A DNA stretch of 64,000 bases, from the NCBI GenBank assembly GCA_963677925.2, contig CAXXYH010000004.1, forward strand, positions 1,056,001 to 1,120,000. Direction: 5' to 3'. Positions 40,905-50,810 of this stretch are shown one piece after another. Position 1 is the first letter of the stretch; every line of letters starts with the position of its first letter. Source of the stretch: Spirochaetia bacterium (GTDB taxonomy: Bacteria > Spirochaetota > Spirochaetia > UBA9216). Position numbers and translations under genes: made by a program. A model generated the notes under the pieces. That model was not told the DNA's origin and did not search any database. It saw only the letters and a list, made by a program, of their open reading frames with translations.

Positions 40905-41012
40905 CCCACTTCCTTTCCAAATACGGGAGGCTGCTCTGTTTCCGGAACAGCCCTTCGACCCTCATTCCTTAAATATTGTGATTCTTAGGTATCAGGGTTC
41001 GGAAGAATAACG
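40905..41012 (-). promoter_or_regulatory. Molybdenum/tungsten cofactor riboswitch (Moco RNA motif, P3-less variant)
   Basis: Minus strand reads CTTCC GA ACCCT GAT ACCTAA...AAGG AATG AGGGT CGAA GGGCTGTTC CGGAAAC AGAGCAGCCT CCCGTATTTGGAAA GGAAG. It shows the hallmark ACCUAA, a GAAA-looped P4 and CCUCCCGUAUUUGGAAAGGA. P1 (CUUCC/GGAAG) sequesters the SD just before the ATG. Confidence 0.85.
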
Positions 41013-41017
41013 GGATT

Positions 41018-41046
41018 ATTTTATATTCAATTTATGAAGGGGTCAA
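41018..41046 (-). promoter_or_regulatory. sigma70 promoter driving the riboswitch-containing leader
   Basis: TTGACC (41046-41041), 17 nt, TAAAAT (41023-41018); predicted TSS just 5' of riboswitch P1. Confidence 0.65.
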
Positions 41047-41055
41047 GGATTATAT

Positions 41056-41087
41056 AAAACGGGAGCTCCCTGAGTTAAGGGAGCTCC
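41056..41087 (-). terminator. Terminator of the acyl-CoA ligase gene
   Basis: GGAGCTCCCT-TAACTC-AGGGAGCTCC stem followed by GTTTT on the minus strand. Confidence 0.65.
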
Positions 41088-41112
41088 TGATATAATTAGT
41101 TAGCTGTTAGCT

Positions 41113-42750
41113 TTATTCGTAGAGGTAGCGTTTAATTTTTGCAGTAGGTGTTTTCTGGAATTCCTCTTTTCTTCTTTCTATGGCTACCAGAGTTGAATAG
41201 GAAGGAAGTTCTTTATTAAGTGTCTTCATCACATCATTGAGTGCTTTATCCACATCAGCATCAGAAAGATTTTTTGATTCGATGTAGTCAGGATCCGCAT
41301 AGACGATTGCTATGATCCGGTGATCACGTGATATTACTAAAGAGTCTGCAATAATGTCTGAATTATTCAGTTTGGCTTCTATTTCTTCGGGGTAGATATT
41401 CTGTCCTGCAGGTCCCAGCAGCATGTTTTTGCAGCGGCCCTTGATATAGACTGTTCCGTCCGGATCGAGGGTTCCCATGTCGCCGGTATGAAGCCATCCG
41501 TCCTTGTCGATGGACTGAGCGGTTGCCTCTTCATTTTTATAGTAACCGAGCATTACATTCTCTCCGCGAACGCATATTTCACCAAGGACGTTCTGCGGAT
41601 CCTCGGAGTCGATTTTACATTCAAGGTGATTTATAATCCGTCCGGCAGAGGCGCTTTTGTATACATCCCACGGCATATAGCTAATGAGCGGTCCGCATTC
41701 GGTCATCCCGTAGCCGACTGTGAATCTGAACTTAATCCTTGAAAGAAATGCTTCAACTTCAGGATTGAATGCTGCTGCTCCTATAACAATGGAGATGAAG
41801 TTTCCGCCGAAAGTAGCGGTGAGCTTCTTGTAAATGACCCTGTCGAGGATCTGTTTTATAAGCGGGAGTTTAGCATATGGTTTATTCAAAATCGGTTTCA
41901 GCTGTTTGAAGTAAATCTTTTCAATAACAAGCGGAACTGAAAGGATAAGCCTCGGGCTGATTTCCCCGAATGCCTTCATTATCAGCTGCGGTGAAACCCT
42001 CTTATGAAGGAAGGTTATATGACAGCCGGTGTTGAAGGGAAAAAGGAACTCGAATGCGCAGCCGAAGCTATGGGCTACCGGCAGAAAACTGACGATTTTG
42101 TCTCCGGCTTTGAGAGCAATATTATGCTGGGCATAGTCGACGTTTGCAATCATGCAGTTGTGGTTAAGCATTACACCTTTTGAAAATCCGGTTGTTCCTG
42201 ATGTATACACAATTGATTCGAGTTTATCATTTGAAATTTCTTCAAACTGTACCGATTCAGGAGTAAGACCGCCGGGGAATTTCTTCTCAAGCGCTGTACG
42301 GGCGTGAAGAAGTACCTCTGAATCATACTTTTCGCCGGCCTTTATTATTGCGAAATCTTCAAGGTTGATTACCAGTTCCAGATTCGGCATTTCTTCCGTT
42401 TTGAGATTTTTCCAGATATAATCGGCAGCAAAGAAGAAGCGGGCTTCAGAATGATTAATTATGTTAGTGATATCTGCTGCGGAAAAGTCCGGTAGCACCG
42501 GTACAATTACAGCGCCGTATGTCACAGCGGCAAGGTATGTCTTTGCCCAGTTGACGGAATTTCTTCCGCAGACTGCAATCTTATTGCCGGGCTCTATTCC
42601 ATTTATCCTGAAGGCTTCGTGAAAAGTGAGTATACTCTCGGCAACGTCACGGTAGTAAAAGATCTCTTCACCGTAATTTGAAAAGCAGGGCCTGTCCCAG
42701 TTCTCAGTCAGACTCTGTTTTATGGTTTCTACAAAATTTCTATTAAGCAT
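41113..42750 (-). CDS. Long-chain fatty acid-CoA ligase (AMP-binding)
   Basis: YTSGTTGFSKG, GYGMTE, WLHTGD, NIYPEEIE. Confidence 0.9.
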   Translation of the reverse strand: MLNRNFVETIKQSLTENWDRPCFSNYGEEIFYYRDVAESILTFHEAFRINGIEPGNKIAVCGRNSVNWAKTYLAAVTYGAVIVPVLPDFSAADITNIINHSEARFFFAADYIWKNLKTEEMPNLELVINLEDFAIIKAGEKYDSEVLLHARTALEKKFPGGLTPESVQFEEISNDKLESIVYTSGTTGFSKGVMLNHNCMIANVDYAQHNIALKAGDKIVSFLPVAHSFGCAFEFLFPFNTGCHITFLHKRVSPQLIMKAFGEISPRLILSVPLVIEKIYFKQLKPILNKPYAKLPLIKQILDRVIYKKLTATFGGNFISIVIGAAAFNPEVEAFLSRIKFRFTVGYGMTECGPLISYMPWDVYKSASAGRIINHLECKIDSEDPQNVLGEICVRGENVMLGYYKNEEATAQSIDKDGWLHTGDMGTLDPDGTVYIKGRCKNMLLGPAGQNIYPEEIEAKLNNSDIIADSLVISRDHRIIAIVYADPDYIESKNLSDADVDKALNDVMKTLNKELPSYSTLVAIERRKEEFQKTPTAKIKRYLYE

Positions 42751-42794
42751 CCGTACATTATCAACTGTCTATGAAAAAAATTCAATAAATAAAT

Positions 42795-42826
42795 CGGCCG
42801 GAGACTGAAAAGTGCCTCCGGCCGGA
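42795..42826 (-). terminator. Stem-loop downstream of pgi
   Basis: CGGCCGGAG...CTCCGGCCG inverted repeat followed by ATTTATTT on the minus strand. Confidence 0.55.
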
Positions 42827-42845
42827 ATTATCTGGTTTATCGATT

Positions 42846-44429
42846 TTAATCCTGGAGCAGCTGATAATAGGCTTTGAGCACTGCATCGGCTCCGGCTCCG
42901 TTGTTGTCCAGCAGTTTTTTTGCAAGAACCTTACCCAGCTGAACACCTTCCTGGTCAAAGGAGTTGATATTCCAGGCAAGCCCCTGGAACATCACCTTGT
43001 TCTCGAAGTGAGCAAGCAGGGCGCCGAGTGATTCAGGGTTAAGATCCGATCCCCAGATAAGACTTGAGGGACGTTCGCCGCTGAAGTTTTTGTTGGGGTT
43101 GGAGTTTTCCTGGCCGAGGGCAAAGGCTGTTATCTGGGCGGCAAGGTTTGCGTTGAGCTTCTGCTGGCTGGTTGAACCTTCAATTTCAAGGTCAAATCCT
43201 CTCTGGGAGTTCTTAAAGCCGATAAACTGCAGGGGTACGATGTCTGTTCCCTGATGAAGCAGCTGGTAAAAGCTGTGCTGTCCGTTTGTACCCGGCTCAC
43301 CGAAGATTACCGGTCCTGTACTGTAGGATACGAGTTCGCCGTCTCTGTTGACAGATTTTCCGTTGCTTTCCATATCAAGCTGCTGAAGGTGAGCCGGAAA
43401 ACGGGAAAGTGCCTGAGAGTAGGGAAGTACCGCGGTAGACGGCAAGTCCATCACGTTTCGTTCAAAAAGTCCTATCATGGCATCCATCAGGGCTGCGTTT
43501 TCCCTGATATCAGCCTCAAGCGCCATAACATCGGCTTCATGAGCCCCGGCCAGCAGGGCTGCAAAACTGTCTGCGCCGTATGCCAGGCTCAGAACCACTC
43601 CTCCGACCGCACTGGTTGATGAGTATCTTCCGCCGATGTAATCATCGATATAAAAACTGTCGAGAAACATGTCAGAACCTGCCATCGGGCTGGTCTGGCT
43701 TGTAACTGCTATCATGTGCTTTGACGGATCCAGACCTTCTGCACCTGACTGCTTGATAATTTCTAAAACAAAGTCGCGGTTTGTAAGGGTTTCCTGGGTT
43801 GTTCCGCTTTTTGATACCAGAATGAACAGGGTTGTTTCCGGATCTATTGAGGAAGCAACCGCGGTTGCGTCATCAGGGTCCACGTTTGATATAAACAGGG
43901 CATCCATTACAGCCTTGTTGTTCACCTCGGCCCAGCCTTCAAGTGCAAGATAAAGAGCCCTTGGACCAAGATCCGAGCCCCCGATGCCAATCTGCACTAC
44001 GGTATCAAATTCTTTTCCTGTGGACCCCTTTATTTTTCCGCTGTGAACGGCCTTTGCAAAATCAGCAGTCTTTTTCTGCTGTTCAACGTAAAAATCAGCA
44101 AGATTCTGTTCATTCTCGGATACCGGTGCTACAGTGATTCCGCGGGTCAGGTGATGCAGAACCATCCGGTTCTCCCCGGTATTCATGCGCTCTCCCTTGA
44201 GGATGCTCATATACTTCTGAATGAGTTCCTGCTCAAGAGCCAGTTCTCCAAGGATGTCAATGATGTTTTCATCAACGGCTTTGGCCGAGTAGTTGTATGT
44301 CAGGCCCGATGCAGCCTTGATTGAATATGCTGCAATTCTTTCCGGGTTTATTACCGCCTTCAGTGACGGCGCCTTCAGCTTCATCAGTCTGCTGTAGGCT
44401 TTGGTCTTATCAAGGTTAATAAAATTCAT
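42846..44429 (-). CDS. pgi: Glucose-6-phosphate isomerase
   Basis: GIGGSDLG, SKSGTTQET, GGRYS, QQLDMESNGK, NSFDQEGVQLGK. Confidence 0.95.
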   Translation of the reverse strand: MNFINLDKTKAYSRLMKLKAPSLKAVINPERIAAYSIKAASGLTYNYSAKAVDENIIDILGELALEQELIQKYMSILKGERMNTGENRMVLHHLTRGITVAPVSENEQNLADFYVEQQKKTADFAKAVHSGKIKGSTGKEFDTVVQIGIGGSDLGPRALYLALEGWAEVNNKAVMDALFISNVDPDDATAVASSIDPETTLFILVSKSGTTQETLTNRDFVLEIIKQSGAEGLDPSKHMIAVTSQTSPMAGSDMFLDSFYIDDYIGGRYSSTSAVGGVVLSLAYGADSFAALLAGAHEADVMALEADIRENAALMDAMIGLFERNVMDLPSTAVLPYSQALSRFPAHLQQLDMESNGKSVNRDGELVSYSTGPVIFGEPGTNGQHSFYQLLHQGTDIVPLQFIGFKNSQRGFDLEIEGSTSQQKLNANLAAQITAFALGQENSNPNKNFSGERPSSLIWGSDLNPESLGALLAHFENKVMFQGLAWNINSFDQEGVQLGKVLAKKLLDNNGAGADAVLKAYYQLLQD

Positions 44430-44443
44430 GATGTCCTCCGGTT

Positions 44444-44659
44444 TTATAATTCAGATGTCAATGAAGCAAGAGCTTTCAGCTCAGCCTCGCTGAGAGTGAT
44501 ACCCTTGCCCATTTTCTGGTGATCGGGAGACCAGTCTCTGATATCATATTTAGGATCTCTTCCATTCCATGATACAAGATTAAGTTCTTTTCTCCATCCC
44601 TTTGCCGACTCTGATATGGTTCCAATATTTTTGACAATTTCATAGCTGAAATCAGACAT
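44444..44659 (-). CDS. YdbC/PC4-family ssDNA-binding protein
   Basis: GWRKELNLVSWN...KYDIRDW...KMGKGITL; AGGAGG RBS. Confidence 0.9.
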   Translation of the reverse strand: MSDFSYEIVKNIGTISESAKGWRKELNLVSWNGRDPKYDIRDWSPDHQKMGKGITLSEAELKALASLTSEL

Positions 44660-44686
44660 GTTTTACTTCCTCCTGAAAAACCTTTG

Positions 44687-46069
44687 TCATACTTTATGAG
44701 GTTTTATTTTTCCGCTTTCAAGCCGGCTGATTGTCCTGTTTACAAAAATAATTGCAACAATCATTGATACAACGCTTCCTGCAGCAAGCCCCAGCCAGAC
44801 ACCCCAGATTCCCAGGTTGAAAACATATATAAGAATAAGCATAACCGGTATTGCTATAAGAAGCAAACGCAGAAGTGTCAGAAAAAGAGCCGGCAGCGGA
44901 TAACCGATTGCCTGGAAAAATGATCTGCCGATTATTCCTACAAGTGCTGTAAGATAGGAAATACCGAGAACCCTGTACTGCATTACCGCATACCAAAGGA
45001 CTTTGTCTACATCAGTAAAGGGTCTGAAGATCCATGGCGCAAATCCGACCATCAGTCCTGTAAGGACTCCGACTGCAATGAGTCCCATCAGCCATGCATC
45101 CTTCATGGTATCCCTGATTCTGCCGAAGTTTCCACGTCCGGAGTTCTGTCCGACGATAGTTACTATTGCCGCGCCAAGCGCAAAAGCCGGCATAAGCATA
45201 AGCTGCTCAAACCTGCCGCAGAGGGCAAATGCAGTAAGGGCAAGGGCATCGATGTTGATAACTATTCGATTAAATATCAGAAAACTCATGGACATTATAA
45301 TCATCGCAAAGGACTGGGGTATTCCAATTGCAAGGATATCCTTAATTGTGCCGCCTTTAATATTTGCTTTAGACCATTCAATTTTGATTGATGATTTATT
45401 CTTCAGAAAAACACTGACTATATAGACCATTGAGACTGCCTGTGCGATAACCGTTGCTATGGCTGCACCGCGAACATCCATTTTCAGCAGGAAGATGAAG
45501 ACAGGATCGAGGGCAATGTTGAGGACTGTTCCAATTACCATTGCGTTCATGACGTATTTCATCAGTCCCTCGCCCTGAAGTATTCCCTGAAAAATCATGG
45601 CAAAAAAGATAACGGGACCGGCTGGTATTATGTAGCGGAGATACTCAAGACCGTGGACGTAGTAATCGCCTTCCGCTCCCAGAATTCTGAGCAGCTGAGG
45701 TGCAAAGGGCAGTATAATTCCAAGTGAAAGTATTGAGAGTATGAGGCTGATGAACATGCCTGATTCTGCTGTTGTTCCAAGCACCTTTCCGTTTTTTTCG
45801 CCGATTGCTCTTGCAACCAGTGAACTTACTCCCACTGTAAGCCCGTTTCCTAGGGCCATAAAAAAGAATATAAGGGGGAATACAAGGGCTGTACCTCCCA
45901 TATACGAAGGGTCGGCAAGGTCTATTCTTGCAACCCAGAAGGTATCTGTAACATTATACAGAACCTGGACGATCATCCCGGCAAACATGGGGATAGACAG
46001 TTTGAGAAGCAGAGGCCGGATAGGGCCTTCAAACATCCCCGGGATTTCATTTACTTTTATATCGCTCAT
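44687..46069 (-). CDS. MATE family efflux transporter
   Basis: LYNVTDTFW, NIALDPVFIF, GAAIATVIAQ, GQNSG; 12 TM pattern. Confidence 0.92.
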   Translation of the reverse strand: MSDIKVNEIPGMFEGPIRPLLLKLSIPMFAGMIVQVLYNVTDTFWVARIDLADPSYMGGTALVFPLIFFFMALGNGLTVGVSSLVARAIGEKNGKVLGTTAESGMFISLILSILSLGIILPFAPQLLRILGAEGDYYVHGLEYLRYIIPAGPVIFFAMIFQGILQGEGLMKYVMNAMVIGTVLNIALDPVFIFLLKMDVRGAAIATVIAQAVSMVYIVSVFLKNKSSIKIEWSKANIKGGTIKDILAIGIPQSFAMIIMSMSFLIFNRIVINIDALALTAFALCGRFEQLMLMPAFALGAAIVTIVGQNSGRGNFGRIRDTMKDAWLMGLIAVGVLTGLMVGFAPWIFRPFTDVDKVLWYAVMQYRVLGISYLTALVGIIGRSFFQAIGYPLPALFLTLLRLLLIAIPVMLILIYVFNLGIWGVWLGLAAGSVVSMIVAIIFVNRTISRLESGKIKPHKV

Positions 46070-46194
46070 ATTTGAAGAATGTATTGATTAAAAATAAAGA
46101 TCAAGTAAATTAAGGCTGTAATTTTATAATAAAAAGCCCCCGAAGGCCTGAAGATTCGGCTCCGGAGGCTGATGTATTCTGCAGAAAGCGGATA

Positions 46195-46929
46195 TCAGTC
46201 GAAAAGAAGGCCGCCGTTCTGGTCTACAATTTCTCCGGTTATAAATCCTGCTTCTTCACCTGCAAGAAATGCCACAAGGGCGGCAACTTCAGAAGGTTCG
46301 CAGAAGCGCTTTACAGGGATTTTCTCTATGATTGCTGCACGTTCTGCTTCGGTCAGCTGTTCGGTTACCATCGGAGTTTTCACATAGGCGGGGGCGATTC
46401 CGTTTACAGTGACGCCTGTGCCTGCAGTTTCCATTGCAAGCGAGTAGGTCAGCGACATTACGCCTCCCTTGCTGGTGCTGTAGGCTGTTCCTGCGGTGAT
46501 TCCGCCTGATTTTGCAGCAAGGCTGCTTATATTGATAATTCTGCCCCAGCCCTTCTCAAGCATAGAAGGAAGCAGATATTTACACAGAAGGAAGGGGCCG
46601 GAGAGGTTTACTCCCATAACCTTCTGCCATTCTGCATAGCTTGTGGAAGCTATCTTGTTGTTTGTAAGTATCCCGGCATTGTTTACAAGGATATCGGGAC
46701 TGCCGGGTTCGGATTTAACCTTCGCGGCCAGTTCGATTACATCCTGTTCGTTTGATACGTCTACCTTGAAGGCGAAGCATTTTTCGGGGAATTTCGCTGC
46801 AAACTCATTGAGTTTCTCTTCATTCAAATCAACGGCAATTACCTTGTGTCCGTTTTCCATCAGTCTTTCGGCAAATGCCTGGCCCATCGGCCCTGCACAG
46901 CCTGTTACGAGTGCTGTTCTGCTGCTCAT
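46195..46929 (-). CDS. Short-chain dehydrogenase/reductase (FabG-like)
   Basis: VTGCAGPMG, VNNAG, YSTSK, ITGEIVDQNGG. Confidence 0.88.
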   Translation of the reverse strand: MSSRTALVTGCAGPMGQAFAERLMENGHKVIAVDLNEEKLNEFAAKFPEKCFAFKVDVSNEQDVIELAAKVKSEPGSPDILVNNAGILTNNKIASTSYAEWQKVMGVNLSGPFLLCKYLLPSMLEKGWGRIINISSLAAKSGGITAGTAYSTSKGGVMSLTYSLAMETAGTGVTVNGIAPAYVKTPMVTEQLTEAERAAIIEKIPVKRFCEPSEVAALVAFLAGEEAGFITGEIVDQNGGLLFD

Positions 46930-46985
46930 TTTTTGTCTCCTCTTCTGATCCTCATTTCCGGATCAAACATACAGTCATAATATAA

Positions 46986-47017
46986 AAAAAGCATGGATTG
47001 AGTCATCCATGCTTTTT
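46986..47017. terminator. Terminator at end of arg operon
   Basis: AAAAAGCATGGAT-TGAGTC-ATCCATGCTTTTT. Confidence 0.7.
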
Positions 47018-47035
47018 ATTCTTAAACTGAAAAAA

Positions 47036-47512
47036 TCAGTTCAAATCGGTATCTATCACCAGTGCTGTTTCATCACAGGCTTCCAGTTTAGGACACTCAA
47101 GACATTCACGCCAGAGTTTCCTGGGGAACTCGTTCTTGTCCACAATAGTAAACCCAAGCTTCTGAAAGAACTTCACCTGATAGGTCAGTGTTATAACCCT
47201 GGGTATTCTGATTCTTTTTGCTTCTTCAATCAGCTCCAGAACCAGCTTCTTACCCAGCCCCTTTCCCTGCCATACGGGGTGTACGGCAAGGGCGCAGACT
47301 TCACAGAGATCGGTCCACAGCGGAGCAAGCGACCCACAGGCTACAATTTTTTTGCTCTCCAGGTCCTCGGCTACAAAGTATGTAGTCAGTGTTGTAACTA
47401 TCTTGTACTTGCTTCTCATAAGCATCAGCCCCTGAGCAGCCATGCCTGATGTAAGATTATAGATGCTGTCGACATCATCGGCGGTTGCCCGCCGCATAAT
47501 GATATTTTCCAT
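47036..47512 (-). CDS. argA: Short GNAT amino-acid N-acetyltransferase (N-acetylglutamate synthase)
   Basis: LAVHPVWQGKGLG, LTYQVKFF, PRKLWRECLECPK...CDE; last gene of the arg operon. Confidence 0.8.
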   Translation of the reverse strand: MENIIMRRATADDVDSIYNLTSGMAAQGLMLMRSKYKIVTTLTTYFVAEDLESKKIVACGSLAPLWTDLCEVCALAVHPVWQGKGLGKKLVLELIEEAKRIRIPRVITLTYQVKFFQKLGFTIVDKNEFPRKLWRECLECPKLEACDETALVIDTDLN

Positions 47513-47526
47513 AGTTATTCCCTGGA

Positions 47527-48801
47527 TTATTTGTCGTGGAAGGTCGCCGCTGTGGCAACAATCTCCTCAACCTGTCCGCCGGAAACATTTACGTTCTTGT
47601 GCACCATGGCTGTTACACCTGTTGAAAGACCGTAAAGATTGATGAATCCGGTTGCATCATGATGATCGTAGGCACTCTCTCCGAATGAGGCAAGGTCCTC
47701 GATGTAGATGGAGTAGGGTGATTTCCTTCCGGCTATGATTACATTTCCCTTGTAGAGCACGAGTCTAACAGAACCGGTTGTGTACTCTGCAGCCTTATCC
47801 ATATAGGCGTCGATTGATTCCCTTACCGGGGTGAACCACTTTCCGCAGTATACGAGGTCCGCGTACTTAAGGCTGAGTGTGTCCTTCATGCTCAGGGTAT
47901 CATAATCCATTGTGAGCATTTCAAGTTCGCGGACAGCCTTGTAAAGGATTTCACCTGCCGGAGTTTCGTAAACACCGCGGCTCTTCATTCCGACAACACG
48001 GGTTTCAACCAGGTCGGAACGTCCGATTCCGTTTGCAGCGCCAATCTTATTGAGCTCAGCAATGATTTCAAATCCGCTCATCTTCTTGCCGTTGAGGGCA
48101 ACAGGGAATGATTTTTCAAAGTCGATTGTGATCTCTGTTTCAGCATCGGGTGCGTCAGCGGGTGACTTTGTAAGCTGGAACATTTCCTCTTTCGGTCTGT
48201 TCCACGGATCTTCCAGATCACCGCCCTCATGGCTCATATGCCAGATGTTCCAGTCGCGTGAGTAGATGTTCTTCTTTGTGATATTTCCAAGCGGAACGTT
48301 GTGTGCCTTTGCATAGTCGATGGCCTGTTCACGGCTTGTTATGTCCCAAATTCTCCAGGGAGCAATTACCTTGAGATGGGGCGCAAGTGCCTTGAAAGTA
48401 AGTTCGAAACGAACCTGGTCGTTACCCTTGCCTGTACAGCCGTGGCAGATTGCATCTGCGCCTTCTGCAAGTGCTACCTCTGCGATGTGCTTTGCCTGCA
48501 GCGGTCTTGCAATTGATGTACCCAGAAGGTACTTGCCTTCGTATTTTGCACCGGCACGGATGATTTTGAACAGGAAGTCCTCCGCAAACTCATCTTTAAT
48601 ATCTTTGATGTAGAGTTTGCTTGCGCCTGATTTGAGCGCTTTTTCTTCCATTCCGTCCCAGTCTTCATCCTGGCCGACGTTTGTGCAGCAGCCGATGATC
48701 TCAGCATCGTTGTAGTTTTCCTTCAGCCAGGGGATAATTATTGATGTGTCGAGTCCGCCGGAGTAGGCGAGAACTATTTTCTTTATTTCTTTGTCAGCCA
48801 T
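47527..48801 (-). CDS. argG: Argininosuccinate synthase
   Basis: [35 protein letters not shown]. Confidence 0.96.
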   Translation of the reverse strand: MADKEIKKIVLAYSGGLDTSIIIPWLKENYNDAEIIGCCTNVGQDEDWDGMEEKALKSGASKLYIKDIKDEFAEDFLFKIIRAGAKYEGKYLLGTSIARPLQAKHIAEVALAEGADAICHGCTGKGNDQVRFELTFKALAPHLKVIAPWRIWDITSREQAIDYAKAHNVPLGNITKKNIYSRDWNIWHMSHEGGDLEDPWNRPKEEMFQLTKSPADAPDAETEITIDFEKSFPVALNGKKMSGFEIIAELNKIGAANGIGRSDLVETRVVGMKSRGVYETPAGEILYKAVRELEMLTMDYDTLSMKDTLSLKYADLVYCGKWFTPVRESIDAYMDKAAEYTTGSVRLVLYKGNVIIAGRKSPYSIYIEDLASFGESAYDHHDATGFINLYGLSTGVTAMVHKNVNVSGGQVEEIVATAATFHDK

Positions 48802-50026
48802 TCTGAATCTCCTTTAAAATGCTTTCAATTATATTAAGACCTTTGTCTATTTCTTCCTTTGTTATTACAAGCGGAGGAGCTATACGCAGGATGTTTTTTC
48901 CTGAACGAAGCAGCAGAAGCCCCTTCTCCTTGCCTTCAGATATCACCTTGCCGCAGAGTGCCATACCTTCCTCGTCGGCTGTCCCGATTGCCAGACCCCG
49001 AAGCATTCCAAGACCCTTCACTTCGCCGGCCGCTTCGTATTTGTCGGAAAGAGCTTTCAGACCCTCTGCAAGGTAGTCGCCTTTGGCCTGTACATCAGCA
49101 AGAAAATCGGGAGTAAAGATGATATCCAGAACCTTGTTTGCAACCGCACAGGTTACAGGTCCGCCTCCGAAGGTGGTTCCATGCTCTCCCGCATGTATGA
49201 TCTTGTTCACCTTTTTGGGAATGAGCGTTGCAGACAGGGGAAGTCCGCCTGCAAGCGGTTTGGACAGGGTAATGATGTCCGGTTCAAGCCCGACGATTGA
49301 TGAGGCGTATGGAAAGCCTGTACGTCCTATTCCTGTCTGAACCTCGTCTGCAATAAGAATTACATCAAACTTTTTGCACAGTTCGTTGAGTTTTGCCGCA
49401 AACTCCGCAGACATCACGGTCAGTCCGCCCTCGCCCTGAACCGGTTCAACAATTACGGCTGCAAAGCTGTCATCGAGGATTTTCTCAAGCTCAGCCGCAT
49501 CGTTATATGTGCAGGTTTCAACTCCCGGTACAAGCGGTCCGAAGGGTTCCTGGTACTTGGGGGTCGGAGTACAGCTGAGCGCACCGAGGGTTCTTCCGTG
49601 GAAGGCGTTTGTGAATGACAGCAGCTTGTGATGCCCCTCGCCCTTAGTCCGCAGTGAATAGACCCTTGCGTACTTGATTGCCGCCTCGTTGGCCTCCGAG
49701 CCGCTGTTTCCGAAGTGAACTGCGTCGAAATTGCCTGAGGATGTCAGCTTGAATCCCAGTTCGAGGGTCGGTTCGGTTGTATAGAGGTTTGAAACGTGAA
49801 TCAGTTTCTTCATCTGCTCATAGGCAGTAAGCGCAAGGTCGTCCCTTCCGTGTCCGAGAGCGTTTACCGCTATCCCGCTTCCGAAATCAAGGTATTCCTT
49901 CCCTGCCTTGTCGTATACATAACAGCCCTTTCCATGTTCAAAGATGTGGAAGGGGACTGTGTAGTTGTTGGGGTAGGGAACATCGTATGTTTCCGTTGTT
50001 ACTTCATATTTTTCCATGTGTTCCAT
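48794..50026 (-). CDS. argD: Acetylornithine aminotransferase
   Basis: [53 protein letters not shown]. Start moved to ATG 50026. Confidence 0.9.
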   Translation of the reverse strand: MEHMEKYEVTTETYDVPYPNNYTVPFHIFEHGKGCYVYDKAGKEYLDFGSGIAVNALGHGRDDLALTAYEQMKKLIHVSNLYTTEPTLELGFKLTSSGNFDAVHFGNSGSEANEAAIKYARVYSLRTKGEGHHKLLSFTNAFHGRTLGALSCTPTPKYQEPFGPLVPGVETCTYNDAAELEKILDDSFAAVIVEPVQGEGGLTVMSAEFAAKLNELCKKFDVILIADEVQTGIGRTGFPYASSIVGLEPDIITLSKPLAGGLPLSATLIPKKVNKIIHAGEHGTTFGGGPVTCAVANKVLDIIFTPDFLADVQAKGDYLAEGLKALSDKYEAAGEVKGLGMLRGLAIGTADEEGMALCGKVISEGKEKGLLLLRSGKNILRIAPPLVITKEEIDKGLNIIESILKEIQNG

Positions 50027-50048
50027 ATTATATATTCCTGTATCAGTT

Positions 50049-50810
50049 TTACTTATGTATATTTGTGCCCGCACTGCGTTCAAGAAGCTTAGCGAGATCA
50101 CCGCTTTCATTGTATCCGCCGATAGTTACCGAGCCTACTCCCTCTGCCAGAGCTCCGGCCGATGAACGGACCTTCGGTATCATGCCTCCGGCAATAACCC
50201 CTGCATCTATCTCGGCCTCAGCCTGCGCGGGTGTAAGGTTTGTTATAACCTCTCCGTCTTTCAGTATTCCGGGGATGTCCGATATGAACACCAGCCGGTC
50301 CGCAGGCATTGAGCAGGCAACCGCAAGCGCAGCGTCATCGGCATTGATATTGAGGGCTGTTCCCTCAGCATCCATCGAAACCGACGACATTACCGGCATG
50401 TATCCGCCTTCCATCAGAAGCTTAAGCAGTTCGGGTGATGTTCCGGTTACAGCCCCGGTTCTGGATCCGGCCGCAACAGATTTACCGGTAAACACCGCGC
50501 CGTCGCAGCCGCTGACTCCTACAGCCTTCACCCCGATAGAGGCGAAGAGCCTTACAATGTATTTATTCATCTTGCCGGCCAGGACCATATCCACGATGTC
50601 CATCTCCTCCGGCGTTGTCTTTCTTACTCCGTTTTCAAAAACAGCCTTCAGGCCGAAGACTTCCGACACCTTTGTAACCTCGGCGCCTCCTCCGTGTACG
50701 AGTATGAAGCTGTATTCCGATGACAGCCCGGCCATCTCTGATGCCAGAGCCTTAAGCGCCGCAGTCTCAGAAGCCGCCCTTCCGCCTATTTTGATGAGTA
50801 CTGTTTCCAT
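50049..50810 (-). CDS. argB: Acetylglutamate kinase
   Basis: IKIGG, VHGGG, NINAD, GGMIPK. Confidence 0.93.
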   Translation of the reverse strand: METVLIKIGGRAASETAALKALASEMAGLSSEYSFILVHGGGAEVTKVSEVFGLKAVFENGVRKTTPEEMDIVDMVLAGKMNKYIVRLFASIGVKAVGVSGCDGAVFTGKSVAAGSRTGAVTGTSPELLKLLMEGGYMPVMSSVSMDAEGTALNINADDAALAVACSMPADRLVFISDIPGILKDGEVITNLTPAQAEAEIDAGVIAGGMIPKVRSSAGALAEGVGSVTIGGYNESGDLAKLLERSAGTNIHK

